Positions 52,766-64,000 of a stretch of DNA of 64,000 nt are shown piece by piece. The notes under the pieces are model-generated. The model saw only the letters and a program-made list of their open reading frames with translations, did no database searches and was not told where the DNA came from. The stretch's first letter is position 1. The number at the start of each line of letters is the position of its first letter. Source of the stretch: Octopus vulgaris (lineage: Eukaryota); assembly GCA_951406725.2 (NCBI GenBank), contig OX597821.1, positions 58,962,001 through 59,026,000 on the forward strand. The letters run 5' to 3'. A program made the translations under genes and the position numbers.

Positions 52766-53345
52766 CGAGGTCTGATCAATAAGTATCCAAGCTGTTGTCA
52801 TGGTAATGAAGCTATAGTATGCAGAGTAAAGCCACTGGACATAGATTGACTTTGAACTCGGATGTGCATATGTACTAAGTTTTAACATTCTAGCTCACTT
52901 CCACTGTTTAGAGCAGTGCTTCAAAGGAAGGTGTGTAGTGTGTGATTGTTGCATTGACCATGACAGAGAAAGTTGTCATGGCAATACCTGCTCAATGGTC
53001 AACACAAAGTTGAAGAAAGTGTATGGAGAGGAGTGTATGAGCAGCACATAAGTGTATGAGTGGTTCAGATGTTTCCAAGATGGCTGAAAAAATGTCAATA
53101 GTGACAAATGTTCTGGGAGACCTGCAATCATCAGAACTAAGAAAAACATCACAGATGTGCATACAGCTGTGAGGGGATATAGTTGAATCACCATCCATGA
53201 GTTATCAGAGGATGTGCAGATTAGTTATGGTTCAGTTCAGTCCATTATCATTGAAGATTTGGATATGAGACACATGTCTGCCAAGTTTGTATCAAAACTG
53301 CTTTCGGCTAACCAAAAAGACACTCAGGTTTCAGTTGCACAAGCC
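52766..53345 (+). mobile_element. Mariner transposon 5' fragment
   Basis: TA-CGAGGTCTGATCAATAAGTATCC terminus; VYEWFRCFQDG...SGRP...ITIHELSEDVQISYGSVQSIIIEDLDMRHMSAKFVSKLLS with internal stops. Confidence 0.85.
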
Positions 53346-54353
53346 TGAGGCTTTTTTTCTTCTTCTTTTCTTTTACGTGAAGAGAACTTGAAAATAGTTT
53401 TTAAATTTTAAATTTGTAGGAAAAGAACAAACACATTTATTCTGAAAGCATTATAAATGATACAAATATATTTATTCTGACACTGTAATCACACTCACTT
53501 ACAATGTGTGTGTGTGTGTGAGTGTACATGTATAAGACAAGTAGTCTCTAGCCTTCTGGTTTGAGTTATCTTTCCTTTGTTGTTCTTTCAAGTTATGTTT
53601 ATAGCTATTTTAAAGCTTCTAGAAATATTTATTTTGCCAGATTTATTATAGCCGAAACATTTTAAGAAAAAGTCAGTCATTTCATAAGTATATGCAAACC
53701 AAGTATTGTTCTGCAACCAAACCAAGCCATTATTTCCTCTGCGTGGTTTTGAATAGTGCTTGGAACTGTAGAATATAGCATCTAGGGTTTTATATCTATT
53801 TCTTTATTACCCACAAGGGGCTAAACATAGAGGGGACAAACAAGGACAGACATAGGTATTAAGTCAATTACATCGACCCCAGTGCGTAACTGGTACTTAA
53901 TTTACCGACCCCGAAAGGATGAAAAGGATGTAACGACAGACGAAATACGGCTACGCATTTCGCCCAGCATACTAACGATTCTGCCAGCTCGCTGCCTTAA
54001 AGGGTTTTATACTTTCTCATTCTGAGTTACCATAAGTGCAGCTGTCCTCTACTTTTCTAGATATGTTTGAAAACTAATCCCTACCTAATCACCAAGAGTT
54101 TGAACATTAATCCATGCCTAATCAGCATGAGTGTGAAATGCTCAAGAGAAAAGAAGGAAAAGGTTGCATGTTTTACATATTTGGTGTATGATATGGCTCA
54201 GCTCAAAATTTCCATGGTCTCTATTATTGAACATGGCCTCCCAGCATTTGTTCCCGTTCTCTGCACTTTTAGTTCGAATCCTACTAAGGTTTGCTTTACC
54301 TTTCATCCATTCAGAACCAATAAATAAAGTATGAAGCCAGTACTGTGGTTGAT

Positions 54354-54476
<123 letters not shown>

Positions 54477-54863
54477 TAGCTGTGGTCAAACTTAGGAAAA
54501 TAGGCTCAACTAGGTTTAAATGCTATCGGCCATGGGCAACAACCCCATGACTCTGTTGGAAGTGGAGGGCCCAGGATGAAACAAACATTTATTATTAGCT
54601 TTTGGTTGCATTATATTTCATGATTTAGAAAAAAACAGTAATTTCATCTTGATTAACAATTACAAATCATTTTCTGTTACTCTCAGAATTTATTTTGTTA
54701 ATCATGTTTAAAGAAAGTGTCAAAGAAAAACAAGATTGGAAAATGACCCAAGCTGCCCTCCAAAAGGCTTGCTTATAGAAATGCTGACACTCTGCACCAG
54801 ATTTTGGGCATTTGCAAATTTGAGAACATCATAACTTTCAAATTTGAGTTAGTAGCAATGGCT

Positions 54864-54906
<43 letters not shown>

Positions 54907-55319
54907 CAATATATATATATATATATATATTAACATTCACTTTTCTATGCTTGCATGGGTCAAACAAAAATTTTCTTCTATAGTTGGATGCCCTTCCTGT
55001 TGTCAACCATCAAACCTGTTCTTAAGCAAAGTAATATTTTCCCCTGGCCAGGCATGATTTTAACTGAAGACTGGAAATAAACGATGTCACTTGTGTGATT
55101 GATGATGATGCTTATTTACAGCCACCATATGTGATGTATAAACACTAACACATACACTTGCATACATGTGCATATATGTGATGGGCTTCTTTCAGTTTCC
55201 GCCTACTAAATTTATTCACAAGACTTTTGGCCAACCCAAGTCTGCAGTAGAAGACACTTGCCTTGTGTGTGTGTGTACATAGATATCCACATTTCTATTT
55301 TTCACATGGGTTGGATGGG

Positions 55320-55590
55320 CCCTTTCCACCACAACCTTTCATCATTTGATTCATTCTCTGGTTATCCTTTTAGTGAGGTTCCACATCTCAAAGCCAGTTT
55401 CTATCACTCCTGCTCAACTCTTCCTCTTCCACAGTTTCCTTCCACTTGGATATCCTGACAGTCCTTATTCTTTACCCTGTCTGTCATCCTCCATACACAT
55501 CACTTGTCTATTCCAATGCAGTCTTCATTCTTGCACTCTGCAGTTGATTCCTCTTGTACCAAATTTATCTCACAGCTCATCTGTCTAGAG
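55320..55590 (-). mobile_element. RTE LINE C-terminal fragment
   Basis: Reverse strand resembles LGxRGI.C.VQE.RLHW..QVMCMEDDRQGK...QVEG..GRGR, homologous to 39740-39840. Confidence 0.6.
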
Positions 55591-55963
55591 TGGTGTCAAT
55601 ATATATGTATATTTTCAATGAATGTCCCACATAAGTTTTTTGACTTTTCAAATCTAACCAATCCTTGTCAAGGACACTGAATCAGATTTGAAACACCATC
55701 TTATTTATGTAGAACACTTATTGGGAATAGTAAATAAACATATTACTTTATGTCAGAAGAATCTAGAAACTTCAAGACATGAAATAAATCAGTTTTGTCT
55801 TTTTTTTATGTAATGGTATAACTTGAAGTAAAAGCTATAAATAATAGCATGTAAATATTGTGCTAAGAAACGTCTTGGATGAAAAAAGTCAAACGCTACC
55901 CATGGTATGTGAACCCAACTTCAACTTTTGCAGTCTAAAAGGGCTTATTTAACCCAATATATA

Positions 55964-56128
55964 CAAGGGGGTGTTGAAAAGTTCCTGGCTTTAAGGGTGT
56001 CATGAAAGGCCTGGTTGGGGGTTCAACCTTCTGAGTTCTTTTACAGTGCTTAGAAACACTGAAGGACCACTGCAATAACTGTGTGAATCTGAGAGGGGAA
56101 TATGTTGAATAAAATCGTAATTAACTGA
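55964..56128 (+). mobile_element. Internally deleted mariner-like element
   Basis: TA-CAAGGGGGTGTTGAAAAGTTCC terminus joined to the transposase C-terminus CVNLRGEYVE*. Confidence 0.65.
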
Positions 56129-59100
56129 TAGAGAAAATATAACCATCTATTTTAATGTATTGGTTGTTGTTAAGTTACAGATCAATTGTGATCAAGCAGT
56201 TCTATTATCAAAAACATTTTAGCCATGACCATCCTGTCCTTTTTTTTATATATCATGGACTACATTGTGTCCTTCATTTTTGATCTGAGGGAGATTTCGT
56301 TGCTATTTCCTGCAGGTTGAGAACCATGCACATGCTCCTTTTACGGGCTCATTTCTATTGATCATACATGTACAGGGACTTCATTTATAATGTTAGTATA
56401 CTGTATAGCAGGCTACCCCATTTATAATACCCACCCATCCACTACACTGATGTGGAAAGCTGCTGACAAGAAATGGCTTGTATAGTGTAACATATTCTTG
56501 AAAACCAATTATTTATTGAATGTCTTGACTTACAAATAAAGCCACCATGAATTTAGTATAACTGATAGAAAATCCAGAGAATCTACAGAAAATATAACAT
56601 CAGATATGTTTTCATGTCTCATGTTATATTCCTTCAACCTCTCCATCATTTCACCCTGTTGCACATATGCACGCTCACACACACACGCACACAGTAAAGA
56701 GAAAACTGATATGAAGAATTGCACTTGCAATATGCTGCGCAGTTGCATCAGAAGCCACAAGTCTGAAACAGAATGCTACTTGATGGTTGCAATTATGAAA
56801 TGCTGTGTGCTTAAGAAGTTTATTTTGCAACAGCATAGTTTCGGGTTCAAAATGTCTGCACAGCATCTTAGTTGAGTGCTTTTTACTGTAGTCCACTGGT
56901 TCAACTGATGTCTTCTGAGTGGAGTTGGTAGACAAAAACTTTGAGGAAGTCCACCATCTGTGTTGTGTTTTCCCCCATCCCCCTAACTTGTCTTGACATT
57001 ACACTCTAGATGTAAACAAAATACAGTCATACAAGTGATGATGTTTGTTTGCAATCTTCCATAAAAACATGTCTGGACTGTGAAGAAAATATTATCTTGT
57101 TTAGAAACAGATGTGGGTTGGTGACAGGTAGAGCATCCACTATTGAAAATTTGTCTCAACAAATCTTGTCTGAGCCATGCAAGCATGGAAAAGTAGTCTT
57201 CATGACATTATTGTTACCATTATTATTATTGGGTCAACTTTACCTTTCATCTTTTTGGGGTTGATAAAATAAGTACCAGTTGAGTACTGGGACTGATGTA
57301 ATCAACTTACCTCCTCCCCCAAAATTGCTGGCCATGTGCCAAAATTTGAAACCATTGTTGTTGTTGTTATTTAAGAATCACAAATATGGATTCAAAAACT
57401 GCATACTCACACAATTTTATTCCATCTGACTCTGGATTGAAGAAAACATGATTTTTGACCTTTCATGGCTTTGAAATTTGGGTTCATTAAGGTCTAACAA
57501 TTAACCATAGTTTGTGTTATCATGTTTATATATTTCTCAGAAATACTTTTGTGATAAAGAACTAGTTGAAGTTTGAAAATTTGGTAAACAGTAGATTTAT
57601 ATCTTAATTGTAGTCGAACTGTTTTAATATTGTCTCTTCTTTCATTTGTCTTTACATTCTGAGTTCAGCTTCCGCCAAGGTCGACTTTGCATTTCATCCT
57701 TTCAGGTTCGATAAAGTAAGTACCAGTTGCATACTGGGGTTGATCTAATTGACTGGCCCCCTCCCCAAAAATGTCAGGCCTTTTGCTTAGAGTAGAAAAG
57801 AATATTGTTTCATGTTCAGTTGAGCCCCACAAGTTTCTGGAACTTTCAAATTTCTATCTATGTCACTCTAAAAATAAACTATCGCATCATTGAAATCTCA
57901 AAGCAGCATTTCTCCCAATTTTACATTCTGAGTTCAGATTCTACCAGAGTTAACCATACTGCTTAGCCTTTCAGAGCTCAATAAAATAAATACCAGTTCA
58001 TCACTGGGGTCAATGTAAAAAACTTACCCTCTGCCCCTAAATTTGCTGGCCTTGTGCCAAAATTTTAAAGAATTACATTTGACAGAGTAATCTGAATGTT
58101 AAAGGGTTCAATCTCCAATTGGATCTTTTTTTCTTTTTCTTTTTTCTTTTCTTTTTTTTTTATCTTGAATAGAAATGAAAGAATGTCAACAACTTCTGTG
58201 GGTATCCATCTTAGTTTTAAATATCTTCCTTTGAAATTTATACCTGGTACATTTTTGAGAGGGTTACCATAAAACATTCTGGAATCTGCTAATATCTTTA
58301 CATAAGAGTCATGTATCCCACCCAGTTATCTCAAGCAAGCTTGCAATATTAGCCTGGCAAACATATTTATCAGAATTTTTCTTGTGCCGATGTTAGCCAG
58401 CTAATATTTGTGATAGAATAGATACAACATTGATGGAAGTACCCCAGCTGCTGCTGTAGCTGTTATCTTTGTTAGACCCAAGATTCTTGCAACATAAACG
58501 ACCAGTACTTTAATGTCTATAATGACTGTAGCATCATTGAGACTAATCTTACTAATTATGCTGAATCACTGCACTATCTTAACTGCGTTGAAATATCGCA
58601 GATGTGGAATACCACCAGCATTTCCTTGCATGCTTTGTAGCACAAACATGTGTGTCATTCATGGAACTAAAATGTCTGAGTAATTTTGTGTGTGTGTGTG
58701 TGTGTGTGTGTAGGACTTTAATTTTAAAAGTTTTAATTTCAACAAAAGCACAAATATTAAATTTGAATTCTAACATAGTAACTGATACTCTATAATTTTC
58801 TTTGCTATGTAGTATGATATACGTTAACTACTTTATTATTTATTAGGTCTTATAACCTTTCTAACCAAGAGTAACTTCCATTTTGGTCAGAAGGAAAGGC
58901 AGCAGGTTGGTAGAATCGTTAGCACACCGGACAAAATGCTTAGCAGCATTTCTTGTGCTTTTACTTTCTGAGTTCAAATTCTGCCGAGATTGACTTTGAC
59001 TTTTATCCTTACAGGGTTGATAAAATAAGTACCAGTTGATGTAAGTGACTAACCCCTCCCTCCAAAATTTCATGTCTATAGTAGAAGGGAATTTTATGTG

Positions 59101-59964
59101 GTTAAGAAGTCTACTCAGGACTTGAACATATTATAAAGGATTTGAAACCAATTTTAGAATTCACTTTCATTTCCAATGCAGTTCACCTTTACCTTTAAAG
59201 GTAGTAGAATGAATAGAAAAACAAATTGCCTAATAGATGCAGGACAAATGGTGTAATTATTCAGACCTTCACTAAATGACACTGTATATATTTTCCATGA
59301 ATTTCTGCTACTTTTAAAACCCAATAGCTCTGATTCATTATTATGATTGTGTTACTTCAAGTCACATGTTTTCAATTCAATTTACTTGATTTTTACAATT
59401 ATCAGATGTTGACAAATGTGATCATTCAATAAATATGTCAAATATAAGAATTTGGGAAACTGAGTTGATAACATAGATTAAATGAGTTAATTTCACTATT
59501 GGTATTTATCTAATTAAGGTGCAGGCATGGTGTGCGATTGAGAAATTTACTTACTAACCACATGGTTTCTGGTTCAGACCCACTGTATCGCTGGATGGAA
59601 ACAAAAAAAAAACCTGTCATATATGTGTGTGTGTGTATGTATGTTAGTGTGTTTATATCTCCTTGTCTTGACATTGCATGATTGTTGTAAATGAATGTTA
59701 TTCATTTCCAATATTCTGCAAAAATATGTTTGATCAGTGGAAAATATTGCTTTGCTTGGAAAGCTGTAAGAGTTGGTGACAGGAAGCGCCTCCAACCATA
59801 GAAAATCTCCCTCAATAATCTCCATATCTCAATCTAACCCATGCAAGCTTGGAAAAGTGGATGTTAAAATGATGATGTATAAAGCTTCTAAGCCATGACA
59901 TGATGGGAAAGATATATAATATATCATTGTTGTCATCATCATCACTACCACCACTACCATCATC

Positions 59965-60317
59965 ATCAGCAAGGCCACTAAGGTCGACTTTGCCTCTCGT
60001 CCACTCAGGATCAATGAAATAAGTACTTGTTGAGCACTGGGGTCGTTGTAATCGACTTACCCCCTCCCCCCAAAATTGCTGACCTAGTGCCAAAATTTGA
60101 AATCATCATCAGCAGCAGCAGCAGCAAGGCAGTGAGCTGGCACATTTGTTAGTATGCTAGACAAAATACTTTGCTTTGAGTTCAAATTCTACAAAGGTTG
60201 ACTTTGCCTTTCATCCTTTCGGGGTCAATAAAGTAAGTTCCAGTTGAGCAATAAGGTTGATGTAATCAACTAGCCCCCTCCCCCATATTTTCAGGCCTTG
60301 TGCTTCCAGTAGAAAGG

Positions 60318-60352
<35 letters not shown>

Positions 60353-60603
60353 CATTAATGCGGTGAGCTGGCAGAATCATTAGCACACTGGACAGAATGC
60401 TTACCAGTATTTCACCTGTTGCTACGTTCTGAGTTCAAATTCTGCCAAGGTCAATGACTTTGCCTTTCAGGGTCGATAAAATAAATAGCAGTTGAGCACT
60501 GGGGTTGATTTAATCGACTCATCCCCACCTTCCCTAAGCTGCCCTTATGGCAAAATCTTTAAATCATCATCATCATCAATAATAATAATGATAATAATAA
60601 TAA

Positions 60604-60658
<55 letters not shown>

Positions 60659-60880
60659 GATTCAGGTAGCAAATTGGCAGAAATGTTGACACTTCAGATG
60701 AAATGCTTAGCTGCATTTCTTCTGGTTTTTTACAATCTGAATTCAAATTCCAGGAATATTGACTTTGTGTTTCATCCTTTCAAGATTTGTAAAATAAATA
60801 CCTGTTGATCACTGTGGTCAATATAATCGACTTATCTCCTGCTCCTAAAATTGCTGGCCTTGTGCCAAAATTTGGAGCCA
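59965..60880 (+). mobile_element. Head-to-tail cluster of four Meta/Sauria-domain tRNA SINEs
   Basis: Heads AAGGCAGTGAGCTGGCA, B box GAGTTCAAATTC, central domain; separated by (CAT/CAG)n, (TAT)n and (AAT)n. Other copies near 6800, 7700, 28180, 37200-37630, 51430, 53790, 57230-58065, 58900 and 61960. Confidence 0.85.
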
Positions 60881-62659
60881 TTATTGTACAAGAGATGGAA
60901 AACACAACTGGAATTCATAACTTTTTAAAATTTAAACTCCATATCAATTATCCAGTTCTGTTTAACACCAGCTTGGCATCCTATCTTTCAATTGGTGTCA
61001 AATAATGGTTAGTTTTGTATAAATTATTGACAAGTAATTGATATCCCTAGATAAGTAGCTTCAAATATCTGATGGATAGTTCAAATTCCTGATAAATCAA
61101 TATAGAAGTAATGGAAACTAGAGAAAGGAAAAAAAGATACGTTTGCAACAAGTAAAGGTCATGGGAATTTTATTTATTTATTTGTCTTTTAAATCCATTT
61201 ACATTCACTGTGTGGATTTGTTTGTTGTAGTGTACAACCTCTGAGTATTCACTGCTGTAAATCTTTTGTAATGGCCTTTAGGAAACAGTTAGTTTTTTTT
61301 TTTCCCAGCTCCTATATTTGCATCTCTGCTTTATCAGCATAAATTTTTGTCAAAGCACAGTGTGAGAAATTAATTTTCCTTTTTTTTTTTTAAGGAAAAA
61401 AAAACCCCACAGTGTTTAATGTTAAAATAGAACAGGAAATAACGTGGGAGAACCCTAGAAAAAAAATAGGTGTTTGACAGTTCTACATATACTATCAGCT
61501 CTGGAATGAACTGAATGTGTTCAGATAAGAAACTTAGCACTTTCTATGGCCGGTTGTAGTATTGTGGGAGATTTTTTAATATTAGTCACCAAGCTTTGAA
61601 AACCAATTCCTAGCTTGAATTGTCATCACTGTAGCAGCATTGATATAGGAAATGTAGTCCCCAGTTGTTTAGCATTGACTTCTGATAAGCTAATCCATTC
61701 TGGCTCTTCCTGTGTTTGGAGTAGGGGAAACTAGCAGTATACTTATGTATATTCTAACAATTATAGGTGACAGTAGTTTCGATAACCCTCACCAGATGAA
61801 GAATATGATAATGGTTGCTGTATAAGACATCTGTTAAGTCATCTTTGTTTCCTCAATTTCTATCATTAAATTTTTGGAGTCTTTTCATTAAAAGTCACGA
61901 AGCTCATATTACTATGGCATTTTTTTTTTTTTTTTTTTTTACTGTATTATTATCTAAATGGCAGCAAGCTGGCATAATCAATCAATAGCATGTTCGATAA
62001 AATGCTTAGTAGCATTTCCTCTGGCTCTTTATGTTTTGAGTTCAAATTCTATCAAGGTCGATTTTTGCCATTCATCCTTTCAGGATCAATTAACCCTTTA
62101 GCATTTAATCTAGCCATATCTTGCTCAAATATTCTGCTTATTTTATTTAAAACTGACCAGATCCAACCTCTCACACCTGCACTACAATCTCATTTTAATA
62201 ATGTACAAGCACATCCTTGAAATCTTGAAGCAACAAAATAATGCATGATTGATTCAAAACAAGGTGAATAAATAAGAAATACATTTGGCAAATAAACCTG
62301 ACTGCTAATGGGGTAAATAAGAACCAGTTGAGCTCTGATACCACTGGGTATCAGGTGGTGGAGGATGACAAACACACACACACACACACACCACACACTC
62401 ACACACACACACCACACACTCATACAGCCTCCGTTTACCAAATTCCCTCATAAGGCATTGGTCAGTGCAAGGCAATAATAGAAGACCCTTGCCCAAGGTG
62501 TTGCACAGTGGAACTGAACCCAAAACCACACGACTGCAATGCAAGCTTCTTACCCACACGGCCATGTCAAATGTTTTGCTTATTTAGTCTGAGGAGAGCC
62601 CATAACTTTTGCTGGTTCTCTTAAATTTGTAATATCAATGTGTTTTATGTTTAGGGTTG

Positions 62660-63128
62660 ATGTGTATAGATGAGGACAGTTGCGTAAAGAAATACTGAGA
62701 TCTAATTATGGAGGGAACCTGTGGAAGGGGTAGAGCAAAGAAGACTTGGGATAAAGTGGTGAGAAAGGATCTTTGGATGGTGGGCTTCACTGAGGAGAGG
62801 ACAAAGGACCGGGAGTTGTGGTGATTTACTGTACTTTATAAGATGCATCAAGCTAAGTAAAACCAGTCTTCCACACATGCAGGCTTGGTCTTTCAGGTGC
62901 CAATGCCACATAAAAAGCACCCATGTGGGTGCTACATTAATGCATCTGTGCTGGTGCTGCATAAGCACACCTGTGACAGTGACATGTAAAAGCACCCAGC
63001 ACACTCAGTTAAGTGGTTGGCATTAGGAAGGGCATCCAGCTGTAGAAACCATGCCTCAACAGACAGTTGGAGTTAAGACAGATCCATGTCGAACCATCCA
63101 ACCCAAGCGGACGTTAAATGATGATGAT
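62660..63128 (+). mobile_element. 5'-truncated RTE LINE 3' end
   Basis: MEGTCGRGRAKKTWDKVVRKDLWMVGFTEERTKDRELW, followed by 3'UTR repeats, the conserved box and a (GAT)n tail. Confidence 0.85.
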
Positions 63129-64000
63129 TTGTAAGTGAAGAAAAACATGGGTAGGGTGCAAGGGGAGGGGATTTCAGCTCTGAATAGGAAGAACTGTGCA
63201 ATGCATTAGTGTGGAGATGGTGGGGAGGATGAGAGGCAGATGAATCAAATGAGATGGATGAAGAACTTGTTTCTCTTGCTGTGAGGGAAAATAAAATAAA
63301 AGTTACACACTACAAACATGGGCATGGCTGTGAGGATAAGAAGTTTGCTTCCCAACCACATGGTTCCGGGTTCAGATCCACTGCATGGCACCTTGGGCAA
63401 GTTTCTTCTACTATAGACCCAGGTCAACTAAAGCTTTGGGAGTGGATTTTGTAGAAGATGCCTGTCATATGTGTGTGTGTGTGTATGTGTGTGTGTGTGT
63501 ACCCGTGCATGCATGCGTGTGTGCGCATGTGTATGTGTGTGTGCATGTGAGAGTGCATGTGAATGTGCACGTGTGCACGTATGTGTGTCTGCATGTGTAT
63601 ATGTACATGTTTGTGTGTGTGTCTCTGTGTATGTTTGTGTGAGTGTATATGTACATGTGTGTAACTTAACAGTTCAGCAAAAGAGTGTGATAAAATAAGT
63701 ACCAGGTTTATTGAACAAAGTACTGGCGTTAATTTATTCAACTAAAACTCTTGAAGGTAGTAGGTGCCCCAGCATGACCACAATCCAAATGATTGAATTA
63801 AGTTAAAAGAAAAAAAAAAAGACTACAGTAAAAATATTAAGGCTTGCTAATGTCTTCAGCCATTTACGTTTCCTTCTCACACATCCATCAGTCAAATGTA
63901 TTTATCAAAAGGAATTTGTAATATTAATCAAACCTCACTGTTAGTGTGATTGCTTTGGTAGCAATTTCTTCAAATAACACTTCCTTTGTATAAATACATT

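Overview
Eukaryotic, very AT-rich, repeat-saturated DNA. The (TA)n/(CA)n/(TC)n/(ATG)n microsatellite load, the tRNA-headed SINE families and the abundant RTE LINE 3' ends suggest a coleoid cephalopod (octopus-like) genome; this assignment is an inference. Nearly all ORFs in the track come from microsatellites or repeats. One convincing internal coding exon lies at 42800-42938 (+), with three weaker, phase-compatible upstream candidates, so the window is probably mostly large introns of an unidentified + strand gene. Recognisable mobile DNA: a decayed Tc1, mariner remnants, hAT-, piggyBac- and Tc1/pogo-type MITEs, many 5'-truncated RTE LINEs, at least three SINE families, a Penelope-like GIY-YIG fragment and a possible gypsy gag zinc knuckle. 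The most interesting signal is non-coding: five hammerhead-ribozyme-like motifs in three architectures. Two sit back-to-back in a ~275-bp near-perfect palindrome (axis 4005), two have ~55-100 nt rod-like stem II insertions (12111-12190, 16336-16459), and one is ultra-minimal (15982-16017). They probably mark non-autonomous Penelope-like or retrozyme-like elements that insert into microsatellites. Also notable are a young RTE 3'UTR with a strictly alternating 61/62-bp hairpin array and several local fold-back duplications that could form long dsRNA. Coordinates of decayed repeats are approximate; no database searches were run.
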